Of a stretch of DNA of 61,618 nt, positions 1-9,487 are shown piece after piece. Position numbers and translations under genes: made by a program. Position 1 is the first letter of the stretch; each line of letters begins with the position of its first letter. The stretch spans positions 1 to 61,618 of the forward strand of contig CAZKXU010000006.1 of the NCBI GenBank assembly GCA_964556665.1. The letters are read 5' to 3'. The notes beneath the pieces are model-generated. The model saw nothing but the letters and a program-made list of their open reading frames with translations, ran no database searches and was not told where the DNA came from. This stretch comes from an uncultured Bdellovibrionales bacterium. GTDB lineage: Bacteria > Bdellovibrionota_C > UBA2361 > CAZKXU01.

Positions 1-812
1 GCATAAAGACTGTTGTGGTCGGAAGTTTTTAGCTCTTTTACGAGATCCTTAACGCTTCCTACCGGAGAGGGCTCTATAAAGGCGTGGCTTACCTCAGTGC
101 TGCCAAATGTGTTTAGTTTTAGACCAGAATCTGTGCGTAGGCCTTTCTGCTTCGTGCTCTTGGCTACTCGATCAAACTGACGTTGTAATCCTAAAGGTTT
201 ATAAAGGTGCTCAGTTACGGCTAAGTGAGTCTTTGGTATATAAAGATCCTTCGCACTTAGGTTCTGTGCTAAGACACGCTCGGTTACAAGTACATCAACT
301 CGCCCCTTCTCGCCTTGAGTTGTCTCAGGAAAGTACTCAGGTAGCAGGGCAGTTTCATGAGTTTTTAATACCTCCAACCCGAAGCGTTGCATCATCGGCA
401 GTGCACCGAATACAATATAATAAAGCGCCTCCCATCCGTTCTTAGCTGCCTGTCGCTCTACTATCTCCCATACGCTCTGGCCTAAGAGGGGCAAGATGTC
501 AAAGTAGTCTTCATGGCAGAGCGGAAATGAAAGCTGAATATTCCTTGGATTATCAGCATCGGGCGTAATTGCTAGATGTCCAACGACCTTGTCGCCATCC
601 TTAGCGACTAAGCTAATAAAGCGCATACCGATATGGGTTCGCCAGAACTGTATCCCATAAACGGAACGGATCGGGAAATTCTCTCCCCAGACTGATCGGA
701 AAAGATCGATTACCTGATTAATTTCACGATCATTATCCGGACTAATAGCCTTAAGCACAAACCTATCTTCACGCACTGTTTTCTCTCTTCCTTGTATTAG
801 TTTAAGTGTCAT
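1..812 (-). CDS. Hypothetical protein, possibly GNAT-like; runs off the window start
   Basis: Not in the ORF track. Read manually from ATG at 812 (MTLKLIQGREKTVREDRFVLKAIS...ISLVAKDGDKVVGHLAI...), and the same frame is still open at the window edge. 'LVAKDGDKVVGH' resembles GNAT beta-strands. Confidence 0.6.
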   Translation of the reverse strand, partial: MTLKLIQGREKTVREDRFVLKAISPDNDREINQVIDLFRSVWGENFPIRSVYGIQFWRTHIGMRFISLVAKDGDKVVGHLAITPDADNPRNIQLSFPLCHEDYFDILPLLGQSVWEIVERQAAKNGWEALYYIVFGALPMMQRFGLEVLKTHETALLPEYFPETTQGEKGRVDVLVTERVLAQNLSAKDLYIPKTHLAVTEHLYKPLGLQRQFDRVAKSTKQKGLRTDSGLKLNTFGSTEVSHAFIEPSPVGSVKDLVKELKTSDHNSLY

Positions 813-896
813 TGTATAAACGTGTAACTATATACTATAAACAGTTACGTCTCAATTTAGTAACTGATGCCTGTAGAATGCCCGTTCTAGTCATAG

Positions 897-2591
897 ATGT
901 CATTACGAGTTAAAGGAAATACAAGATCCCTTGCACCTTCAGAGATTAGGATGGTTGAACGACTTTTTAAGCGTTCAATCTCCAATCATGAGTTAGTCAC
1001 TCTAGATCTTGCTCGTGAAATATTTGAAGTAGCTACGGATCTTAAGAGAAAGGTTGGAGTCATAATCTCTAGATCCGGTCATATTGAGGAGGTTTTTCTA
1101 GGGCAGAAGGATCTTCTGTATATTCCCGATCTCGGCCGTTATCGGCTTGGCGCCGGCAGACTGCGACGATTAAGACTTATATTTAGCGATCTATCAAAAC
1201 GCAGCAACGAAGCGCACATCCCGCATGATATATATACGGATCTGGAAAAGCTGCGTTTTGATGCTGTAGTGGCGGTTAAATCGATCGGCAACACTACCAG
1301 TATGGCATATGCGCACCTGTTGCCGATCAAGCACGGTAACGGGAGTGAGCCTAATTCTAAGACCGAATTAGTAAAAGATCTTGGTCGATTTGATCTCGAC
1401 TTCACAGAATTTATCACCGAACTTGAGTCCGATCTTGAAGCGAGTATGCATGTACAGAGCAGCAGCGGCAAGATGCGTGCATTTTTAGTAGGCGTCTATG
1501 AAAAAGGTTATCATGATTCCGATAGCTCCATAGCTGAATTAGAAGAGCTAGCTAAGACTGCTGGAGTGGAGGTGGTAGGAAAGATAATTCAACGCCGCGA
1601 ACTTGATCCCCGAACATTAGTAGGGAAAGGTAAGCTCGAGGAGATCGTGCTTAAGTGTCTGCGCCTTAATGCAGAGATGATTATTTTTGATACAGAGCTT
1701 AAGCCAACACAATGGCGGGTTATTACTAATTCTACAGAGCTCAAAGTTATAGACCGCGCTATGTTAATTCTTGATATCTTTGCCAAGCATGCAAAAAGTG
1801 CTGATGGGCGTGTTCAGGTTGAGCTAGCACAACTCCGTTACAATATGCCTAAGCTTGTTGAAAAGGATGCGGGATTATCTAGGCTTACCGGCGGAATTGG
1901 AGGGCAAGGGCCCGGCGAAACTAAGCTTGAAATCGGCCGCCGCCGCATCCGTGAGCGCATCAACCAGCTTGAAAAACGGATTGATGAGTTATCTAAGCAG
2001 CGTGAACTAAGACGGAAGGGTAGAAAAGAGAGATTTCTTCCTCAGATCTCTATACTTGGTTATACCAATGTCGGTAAGTCAACGCTTTTTAATGCTCTAT
2101 CTGGGAGTAAGGTGTTGGTAGAAAATAAGCTATTTGCAACCTTAGATCCTACGGAGCGCCGCATCGTCCTGCCATATCAGCCGGAAGACGTCTCAGATTA
2201 TCCACGTGCAGTTATATTAACTGATACAGTTGGGTTTATTAGAAGACTTCCAGCAGAATTAAGTAACGCTTTCCGTGCGACATTAGAAGAGCTGCATTAT
2301 GCAGATCTATTGCTGCACGTACTTGATGCCTCTGATCCAGAGGTGAGCGCTAGAAGATCTGCAGTCGAGAGAATTTTAGAGGAACTGAAGCTAAGCACAA
2401 AGCCTACTCTTGTAATCTTGAATAAAGTAGATGCGGTCACGCCGGATCATCTGCGTGCGCTAGTGCGAGAGCATGATGCCATCCCAGTTTCGGCAAAAAC
2501 ATCTGAAGGGCTAGACGGTTTGCTATGGGCGATTAGAGAGAAGGTGGTGCCGAAAGTCGAAGTGCAAGCAAGGAACCTGTCAGAGATTTAA
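897..2591 (+). CDS. hflX: GTPase HflX (long N-terminal form)
   Basis: GYTNVGKS P-loop, LFATLDPT, DTVGFI, NKVD, GGIGGQGPGETKLE. Confidence 0.95.
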   Translation: MSLRVKGNTRSLAPSEIRMVERLFKRSISNHELVTLDLAREIFEVATDLKRKVGVIISRSGHIEEVFLGQKDLLYIPDLGRYRLGAGRLRRLRLIFSDLSKRSNEAHIPHDIYTDLEKLRFDAVVAVKSIGNTTSMAYAHLLPIKHGNGSEPNSKTELVKDLGRFDLDFTEFITELESDLEASMHVQSSSGKMRAFLVGVYEKGYHDSDSSIAELEELAKTAGVEVVGKIIQRRELDPRTLVGKGKLEEIVLKCLRLNAEMIIFDTELKPTQWRVITNSTELKVIDRAMLILDIFAKHAKSADGRVQVELAQLRYNMPKLVEKDAGLSRLTGGIGGQGPGETKLEIGRRRIRERINQLEKRIDELSKQRELRRKGRKERFLPQISILGYTNVGKSTLFNALSGSKVLVENKLFATLDPTERRIVLPYQPEDVSDYPRAVILTDTVGFIRRLPAELSNAFRATLEELHYADLLLHVLDASDPEVSARRSAVERILEELKLSTKPTLVILNKVDAVTPDHLRALVREHDAIPVSAKTSEGLDGLLWAIREKVVPKVEVQARNLSEI

Positions 2592-2594
2592 GCG

Positions 2595-3539
2595 ATGCAA
2601 AATGAATTTGATTTAATAAAAAGCCTATGCGCAGCCTTGCCGCTTGATAAAAATGTTAACATTGTTGTGCCTAACGGAGATGATGCCGCAGTAACAGAAA
2701 TAGGTGATAAGCTGATAGCCGTTACAACAGACTGCATGGTCGAAGGGGTGCATTTTGATCGAAGCTTTATCTCGGCTGCGCAGCTTGGAAGGAAAGCGAT
2801 AGAGGCGGCAGCTTCTGATATTATAGCTGTTGGCGGCGATCCTACTCAGTGCTATCTATCATTATTCCTTCCGCTGCAGATTGAGGAACAGTACCTAGTC
2901 GAGGTTTATAGAGGAGTGGGTGCCTCGTTGAAGCGCCTAGGGGTCACCTTTATGGGAGGAAATACTAGCCGCGCCAGAGAGCTTATCCTCTCTGTTACCA
3001 TACTTGGGGAGATTCCGGAACGAAGATATCTCTTGCGAAGAAGCGGCGCTAAGGCAAGGGATAATATCTATGTTACAGGAAATTTAGGTGGTTCAGCTGC
3101 AGGACTGTATGTACTGCAGAATAAGATAGAGGGATATGATGGTTTGAAACGGAAGCACCTTGAGCCGTATTGTCGTAGCGATATTATCGGTCAAATTAGA
3201 GAGGTGGCAAGCGCTGCGATTGATCTTAGCGACGGTCTTACCTCTGACCTTAGACATCTTTGCGAAGCAAGCAAAGTAGGGGCGCGCCTTCGCAGTGAGT
3301 GTCTCCCGATTAATACTGAGCTAAGAGAGTTAAGTGCAGCCTCAGGCTTGGACAGTTTGGAGTTGGCATTAAACGGAGGGGAGGAGTATGAGATACTTTT
3401 TACCTCTGCAGAGAGATTGTCAGGAGATTTTACACTTATCGGTCAAATCATAGAAGGTTCAGACGTCTTTCTAGATCGTAACGGCGTTCAGATGGTGTTA
3501 CCTCCGAAAGGTTATAACCACCTGAATAGTAAAATTTAA
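2595..3539 (+). CDS. thiL: Thiamine-monophosphate kinase
   Basis: GDDAAV, D.MVEGVHF, SDIIAVGG, IDLSDGL..DL, GGEEYEILFT. Confidence 0.92.
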   Translation: MQNEFDLIKSLCAALPLDKNVNIVVPNGDDAAVTEIGDKLIAVTTDCMVEGVHFDRSFISAAQLGRKAIEAAASDIIAVGGDPTQCYLSLFLPLQIEEQYLVEVYRGVGASLKRLGVTFMGGNTSRARELILSVTILGEIPERRYLLRRSGAKARDNIYVTGNLGGSAAGLYVLQNKIEGYDGLKRKHLEPYCRSDIIGQIREVASAAIDLSDGLTSDLRHLCEASKVGARLRSECLPINTELRELSAASGLDSLELALNGGEEYEILFTSAERLSGDFTLIGQIIEGSDVFLDRNGVQMVLPPKGYNHLNSKI

Positions 3540-3627
3540 TGACAGATATGTCTGACTGCGAGCTGAAAACATAGATTTTAGGAAGCTTCTCAACAGTCCT
3601 GGGCCTTTGTAAATTGCGTAAGTTTAA

Positions 3628-3727
3628 AATTAACCACAGGAGTCACGGTGGCACAGAGGGAAAGCAGGAGTAATTGGCCTATAGCAGTTATTTTCCTCTG
3701 TGTCCTCCGTCACCCCTGTGCTTAATT
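3628..3727. repeat. Imperfect ~37-bp inverted repeat (CACAGAG/CTCTGTG-type REP-like element) between convergent thiL and pepP
   Basis: aattaaccacaggagtcacggtggcacagagggaaa ... ttttcctctgtgtcctccgtcacccctgtgcttaatt. Confidence 0.7.
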
Positions 3728-3791
3728 CCTGATAACCGCCTGCTTCTAATTACCTGAGGTTGTTGAGCAGTTACGATTTTAGGGGGCAAGC

Positions 3792-5081
3792 CTACAACGG
3801 CGGCACAAAGTCGCATTGCATCAATGTCTCGATCTCATCTATTGATTTTGGAAATGGAGATAAGACTTCAGAGCCGCCTGAAGTTATGTGTACATCATCC
3901 TCGATTCTGATACCGCAAGCAGGGACACGGCCGATCTTTTTTGGGAAATACAATCCAGGCTCAATCGTAATCACCATGCCCTTTCTTAACGGGGCTTTGT
4001 TGTTGCCTCGCAGGTTCCCTATATCATGTACATCTAATCCTAAACTATGACCGATGCCATGCGGAAAGTATGGCTTAAAAGCACCTTTTGCCATTAACTT
4101 CGATGTCTTGCCTCGCAACACTCCAAGCTCAATCAGTCCTACTGTCAGTATTCGTGCTGCGGCATTATATGCGTCTCCAATCGGCACGCCATCTTTTACT
4201 TTATCAATAGCAGCAAGCTGAGATTCAAGTACGATTGAGTAAAGCTCCTTTTGCAAGGCTGAAAATTTTCCGCTAACTGGAAAAACTCTAGTCTGATCTG
4301 CGGCATAGAGCTTCTGCTCTGCTCCCCAATCCACTAGCAGTAAATCCTCATTATTTAATCTGCGTGAGTGGGCATGGTAATGTAGTGTTGCGGCTGATGG
4401 GCCGGCTGCTACGATAGTACCAAAGGCAGGATAGCAATGATCCATGCGGAATCCGTAATCAATAGTTGCAGCTATCTCATGCTCCGTTACGCCGGGATGT
4501 ATGAGCGGTAGTGCAAAGCGAAGCACATTTCCACTAATCTCTCCTGCCTTTTTAATTAACCTGATCTCCTCTGCGTCTTTAATTATACGGAGATCCTCTA
4601 AAAGCACCTCGGCATGAGAGAATGTTTTGGGAAGCTGACTGCGTAGGTGTATCTGACGATTCATAAGATCGGCTACGAGGCTCTGCAACAACGAACCGAC
4701 AGTATTAGTGTGATAGAGGATCTCTATATTTTTAAGTAGTTTTAAAAGATCTGACTTTGGATTGACAGTATGGATAAGTGTTGCTCCTAGGGATGATGCT
4801 AGGGCAGTAGCATCAACACCTTTACCCTCCCACACTATAAGGGAGCGATCCGTTTTAGGAGTGATTAATACTGGTTTTTTTTCACTGCTTGAAATAACTA
4901 GAAAAGTAGATCGGATCTCAGACCCAGTCAGGTAGTAGAAGTTACTATCCTGACGGTAAGGGAATGAAGTATCCCGAGATCTGATCTGCGCCGGAGCGGA
5001 CTCAAGAATCATGGCAGCAGAACGATCATTCTCCAAACGGCTTTTAATTTTTGTGATTCGATTTCTATGTAGTTTATCCAT
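3792..5081 (-). CDS. pepP: Xaa-Pro aminopeptidase (M24)
   Basis: YRQDSNFYYLTG, LHY, D.G....YAAD.TR, HGIGHSLGLDVHD, TIEPGLY, GIRIEDD. Confidence 0.93.
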   Translation of the reverse strand: MDKLHRNRITKIKSRLENDRSAAMILESAPAQIRSRDTSFPYRQDSNFYYLTGSEIRSTFLVISSSEKKPVLITPKTDRSLIVWEGKGVDATALASSLGATLIHTVNPKSDLLKLLKNIEILYHTNTVGSLLQSLVADLMNRQIHLRSQLPKTFSHAEVLLEDLRIIKDAEEIRLIKKAGEISGNVLRFALPLIHPGVTEHEIAATIDYGFRMDHCYPAFGTIVAAGPSAATLHYHAHSRRLNNEDLLLVDWGAEQKLYAADQTRVFPVSGKFSALQKELYSIVLESQLAAIDKVKDGVPIGDAYNAAARILTVGLIELGVLRGKTSKLMAKGAFKPYFPHGIGHSLGLDVHDIGNLRGNNKAPLRKGMVITIEPGLYFPKKIGRVPACGIRIEDDVHITSGGSEVLSPFPKSIDEIETLMQCDFVPPL

Positions 5082-5278
5082 ATGGTTACAATAGGTTATA
5101 GTATTAGATACGGTGAATATTTTGTCACTTGTAAATATTTAATAGTGTTACAGGATAAAAAGGTGTAAATTACCTGTGTAGTAAATAAATAGTAGAGTAG
5201 GCTGTAAGGAGGTTAACTTGATCAGCCATCAACACTGACTGATGACTTCTTACACGGGCGTTTCGTCCTCTATAATAT

Positions 5279-5310
5279 AAGCCAGGCCGTAGTGCCTGGC
5301 TTTTTATTTT
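5279..5310 (+). terminator. Intrinsic terminator in the pepP-sucA divergent intergenic region
   Basis: gccaggc-cgtagt-gcctggc followed by tttttatttt. Confidence 0.75.
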
Positions 5311-5510
5311 CAGCGCAGCATTCAGATAACCCTACCGGCACTTGCTGAAAAAAGATAAAATGTATATCTTCTCGTGGCTTAGGTGTCTCCGCATTACATA
5401 TCGGTCAGTATTTTCAAAACGTTGTTTTCGTTCTGCTGCTCAGAGAATGCTTAATTGCTGCCGATTATGACTGTGTGCGCCGTTGTTTATTGTTCTTATA
5501 ATATTGATCC

Positions 5511-8249
5511 ATGTCGACCAACATTTTCTCTACACTAGGACCGAACTCCGGACTAATCCGTGAGCTTTATGAGCTTTATCTTGACGATCCAAGTCTTGTT
5601 GATAAATCCTGGGCTGATTACTTTGCTGCACTGAATGGTGTTGCCGTTGCGTACACTAACGGAAATCATCAAGCGCAGACCGCAAGTGCTTTACCATCGA
5701 CTAATCTTGCAGTTCAAGAGAAGGCTGTACTCTTAGTGCAGGCTTACCGCAATTGGGGCCATTTCAGAGCTGCTTATAATCCGTTAAGCAAAGGTGTTGA
5801 GCCTAGACCTGAGCTCTCAAGTCTCAAACTCGAAAATTTTGAGATCTCTTCCGCAGAGATGGAGGCAACCGTGCGCGTATCTAATTTCGCAGGGCGGTCA
5901 GAGATGAAGTTGGCGGAATTAGTTTCTGCATTAAAGCAAGTTTACTGTGGAAGCATAGGCTTTGAGTATAATCATATAAATAACGATGCGGCTAGAAACT
6001 GGCTGGAGGCAACGATTGAGGAGCGTTACGGAGCAGCGGCATCGCTACCTGACGCACGTAAGATCAGAATACTAAAGAACATCATTGAGTCTGAGGTTTT
6101 AGAGCAGGAGCTCACCAAAAGATATCCAGGACAGACGAGATTCTCTCTCGAAGGAAGTGATACGTTAATAGCGATCCTCGACACCATCTTGGCAGATTGT
6201 GCTGTGCAAGGTGTACGCGAAGTTATTATGGGGATGGCGCATCGTGGCAGGGTCAATGTGCTAGTCAACACTTTAGGTAAGCCGCTTAATAAATTGCTTG
6301 CCGAGTTCGAGGATTTAACTATCCATGCAAAGCTTGGCTCAGGTGATGTGAAATACCATCTTGATTACAGCACTAAATATAAAGGCCCTAACGGTGAAAC
6401 AGTCGAAGCTTACCTTGCTCCAAATCCATCCCATCTTGAGTTTGTAAGTCCTGTAATAGAAGGTATTGTAAGGGCTAAACAGGATCTTAATTATGCACGT
6501 GACCGAAAAGTCGTTTTGCCGTTATTGATGCATGGCGAGGCTGCCTTTGTAGGGCAGGGGATCGTTTCTGAAACGTTTCAACTCTCACAAGTAGAGGGAT
6601 ACAAAACAGGCGGAACTATTCATTTGGTAACAAATAATCAGGTGGGTTTTACAACGAGTCCTTATGAAGCAAGGTCCTCTGCATACTGCAGTGATTTTGC
6701 TAAGGCAGTAAATGCTCCTGTCTTCCATATTAATGCGGAGGATCCGATTGCCTGTGCTTGGGCAGCTTCGCTTGCCCTGCAGTTTAGGCAACGCTTCGGT
6801 ATCGACTTTGTGTTGGATATCTATGGCTACAGAAAACTTGGACATAATGAAGGTGATGACCCAACATACACTCAGCCTGCCATGTATCAGGAGATTAAGG
6901 CTAAGCGCACAATCGGACAGATTTTTTCAGAGCAGTTAATCGGTGCCGGGGTAGTAGAGAAGCGCTTGGTCGATGAATTTATGGGCGAGGTGCGTGATCG
7001 CTTTGAGATTGCTGATAAACTTAAGAACAGAGCAGGCAGCGGAGAGGCTTGTGGATTAGTGGGCAAGCTTCGTGTTACGACTCCTAAAACTGCAGTAAGC
7101 TTAGAAGACCTAAGACGGGTAGCTGCAAGTATGATCACATATCCAGAGGGCTTTGTGCCTCATCCGAAGCTTAAAGGCATCTTAGAGAAAAGAGTTTCGA
7201 CACTTGAAAGCGGGGGAATTGACTGGGGATTCGCCGAGGGACTTGCCTTTGGATCATTAGTTTTGGAAGGACATGCAGTTCGTCTGAGCGGTCAGGACTG
7301 TTGTCGTGGCACTTTTGGTCAGCGCCATCTTGGCCTTACGCACTATGAAACCCATGAGATTGTCAGGCCGCTTAATCAGCTAGCGCAGCCAAACTCAGAT
7401 GTGTTCTTTGAGGTCTATAATAGTATCCTCTCGGAGAGCGCTGTGATGGGGTTCGAATTCGGGTATTCAACGGTTGCCAACCGTGCATTAGTACTATGGG
7501 AGGGGCAGTTTGGTGATTTTTCAAATGGTGCCCAGGTAATTATTGATCAATTTCTTGCTAGCTCAGAGGCGAAGTGGAATCAGTTCTCCGGGCTCACGCT
7601 TCTATTGCCGCATGGGTATGAAGGACGCGGTCCAGAGCATTCAAGTGCTAGGTTAGAGAGGTATCTGCAGCTTTGCGCTGAAGGCAATATGACGGTTTGT
7701 TATCCAAGTAATTCGGCGCAGCATTTTCATCTGATGCGCAGGCAGGGGCTGACTGTGTTGCAGCGACCATTGATCGTAATGACACCGAAGAGTCTTTTAA
7801 GACTGCCTGAGGCGGCCTGCACAGCGAAAGATCTTAGCACTGGGGAGTTTAAACCCATAATTGAAACAGACTATACAAAAGATGGTAAGGCAAAGTACGT
7901 AGTCTTTCTTAGCGGCAAGGTTTTTTATGACGTAGCCGGTGCTTTATCGAAACTAAATGGCTGCCCTGTAAAAGTTATACGTATGGAGCAGCTCTATCCG
8001 CTGCCTGAGAAGGAGATAAAGGCAGCTCTTAAGGCCTTAACGCCGAAAAAATATATCTGGGTTCAAGAGGAGCCTGAGAATATGGGTGCCTGGAATTTTG
8101 CAGACTACCGTTTCCGTACGGAGTTAGGAATTGAGCTAGAGTATATCGGTCGTCCACTAAGCGCCAGTACAGCTACCGGATCAGGCAAAAGAAGCGCTGC
8201 TGAGGTGGTTGAGTTCCTTGATGTATTGGTAAAGAGAGTGCAGGGGTGA
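5511..8249 (+). CDS. sucA: 2-oxoglutarate dehydrogenase E1
   Basis: RFSLEG, GMAHRGR, GDVKYH, NPSHLE, NNQVGFTT, GHNEGD, LLLPHGYEGRGPEHSSAR, WVQEEPENMGAW. Confidence 0.96.
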   Translation: MSTNIFSTLGPNSGLIRELYELYLDDPSLVDKSWADYFAALNGVAVAYTNGNHQAQTASALPSTNLAVQEKAVLLVQAYRNWGHFRAAYNPLSKGVEPRPELSSLKLENFEISSAEMEATVRVSNFAGRSEMKLAELVSALKQVYCGSIGFEYNHINNDAARNWLEATIEERYGAAASLPDARKIRILKNIIESEVLEQELTKRYPGQTRFSLEGSDTLIAILDTILADCAVQGVREVIMGMAHRGRVNVLVNTLGKPLNKLLAEFEDLTIHAKLGSGDVKYHLDYSTKYKGPNGETVEAYLAPNPSHLEFVSPVIEGIVRAKQDLNYARDRKVVLPLLMHGEAAFVGQGIVSETFQLSQVEGYKTGGTIHLVTNNQVGFTTSPYEARSSAYCSDFAKAVNAPVFHINAEDPIACAWAASLALQFRQRFGIDFVLDIYGYRKLGHNEGDDPTYTQPAMYQEIKAKRTIGQIFSEQLIGAGVVEKRLVDEFMGEVRDRFEIADKLKNRAGSGEACGLVGKLRVTTPKTAVSLEDLRRVAASMITYPEGFVPHPKLKGILEKRVSTLESGGIDWGFAEGLAFGSLVLEGHAVRLSGQDCCRGTFGQRHLGLTHYETHEIVRPLNQLAQPNSDVFFEVYNSILSESAVMGFEFGYSTVANRALVLWEGQFGDFSNGAQVIIDQFLASSEAKWNQFSGLTLLLPHGYEGRGPEHSSARLERYLQLCAEGNMTVCYPSNSAQHFHLMRRQGLTVLQRPLIVMTPKSLLRLPEAACTAKDLSTGEFKPIIETDYTKDGKAKYVVFLSGKVFYDVAGALSKLNGCPVKVIRMEQLYPLPEKEIKAALKALTPKKYIWVQEEPENMGAWNFADYRFRTELGIELEYIGRPLSASTATGSGKRSAAEVVEFLDVLVKRVQG

Positions 8250-8276
8250 GGGGTTTTTTAGTTAGTTGCTGTCAGT

Positions 8277-8397
8277 GTAATTGCTCAAAAAGTGTGGGCA
8301 CTGGGAGCGCGGGCTTCCAGCCCGCAAATAAGTAGCAGCTAATTCGTTTGCGGGCAGGATGCCCGCGCTCCCAGTGCCTACACCTTTGAGCAATTAC
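8277..8397. repeat. 76-bp REP doublet (REPIN, 8300-8375) wrapped in outer GTAATTGCTCAAA/TTTGAGCAATTAC inverted repeats
   Basis: actgggagcgcgggcttccagcccgc-24 nt-gcgggcaggatgcccgcgctcccagt inside a perfect 13-bp outer IR. Confidence 0.85.
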
Positions 8398-8615
8398 GTG
8401 TCTGTCCTTTTAGGACGTAAACTAACTACCCAGTAAGCGCTGAAAAACACACCTGTATTTCAAAATCCGTTATCGCTATTACTCTGATTATGATATATCG
8501 TTATATTGGGTAGAGGAGAGTAAGGTTTTTGTGCAGTGAGGCGGCTAAAGTGTAGAAGGACTTTGGCCGCTTCACCTGCAGTAGGTGAGGTAACTGATAC
8601 GGAGGGGGTTCCCCA

Positions 8616-9230
8616 ATGGCTAGCCACAGTCTCGAGAGTGCAGTGAAGGCTCTTGCGTTTGAGATTCCGTCTGCGCGTCGAAGGTACATCATAACGGCAC
8701 TGCTCGTGTTCCTGACGTTTTGCATCACTCCAGCCCTGATGCAACCGGCCTTGAAAAGAGGACTGGGAAGCTTTTACTCTGACGGCTATCTCATGTTCCT
8801 CACTCTCGGTGTCACATGTCTGGTACTCATGTTCACGTTTGAATGGGCAAAATCGGCTGTTAATGCCGCCACAAGACGTCTACGACTCGAAGGGCTGGGA
8901 GAACCGATTGTCGGTATGGGGTACACAATCCTCCCTGTGCGGGTCGAAACCGTGACAACGACCGTCATTGATGGGGCTGAATGGGTGATCCTGACGGTGA
9001 GTCAGAAGGTAGGTAACTCGGAGCGATACTTCCTCAAAGCTACAGAGGAGGCGCTATCATCGATCGCTGCTCTGAAGATGCTCCAACCTGACGACCTCAT
9101 CTGCCTCCAGCCAGGGGATGAGCGAGAAAAAGTGAATGGATGGAGACCGATTTGTTCATGGTCGTACGGCAAGGTGGTATTCGACTCGGAGAGGCGACGC
9201 CTCCGAGTTGTATCAGCGGCCGCGGCCTGA
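8616..9230 (+). CDS. Hypothetical membrane protein with two predicted TM segments
   Basis: ORF track; GGAGGG RBS upstream; hydrophobic YIITALLVFLTFCIT and YLMFLTLGVTCLVLMFTF; strong hairpin right after the stop. Confidence 0.7.
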   Translation: MASHSLESAVKALAFEIPSARRRYIITALLVFLTFCITPALMQPALKRGLGSFYSDGYLMFLTLGVTCLVLMFTFEWAKSAVNAATRRLRLEGLGEPIVGMGYTILPVRVETVTTTVIDGAEWVILTVSQKVGNSERYFLKATEEALSSIAALKMLQPDDLICLQPGDEREKVNGWRPICSWSYGKVVFDSERRRLRVVSAAAA

Positions 9231-9244
9231 TCGGAGCAGCATGC

Positions 9245-9280
9245 AGCGGCCCCGAGGAGCACCTCCTCCTCGGGGCCGCT
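9245..9280 (+). terminator. Perfect 15-bp GC-rich hairpin downstream of the 8616 gene (terminator or stabiliser)
   Basis: agcggccccgaggag-cacctc-ctcctcggggccgct; no immediate U-tract. Confidence 0.55.
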
Positions 9281-9487
9281 AGCCGTGGTTCTTTGAATGT
9301 TACAGGCTCTTCTACCCGGCTAAGCCTAGAGCTAGAGTTCATTACCAAGGGTAATCCACTCTAAGGAGTGTTCACCATGTTACCATCAGAGCGTCTCAGT
9401 GGCAGCGCTATAGATAGCATAGTAAATAAAAACATCACATTTACTTGCCATTTGGGCGTGTCATCCATTTGGGAAAAGCCAGTTTCC

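Noticed and set aside
107-445. 112-aa + strand ORF in the track
   Set aside because: Antisense to the longer minus-strand ORF (1-812) that runs off the window.
5239-5265. CTGATGA and GTTTCGTCC suggesting a hammerhead ribozyme
   Set aside because: CUGAUGA and GAAA fall on opposite strands, so the core cannot form.
9140-9364. Alternative short ORFs overlapping the 8616 gene end
   Set aside because: They run through the 15-bp hairpin and have no recognisable motifs.
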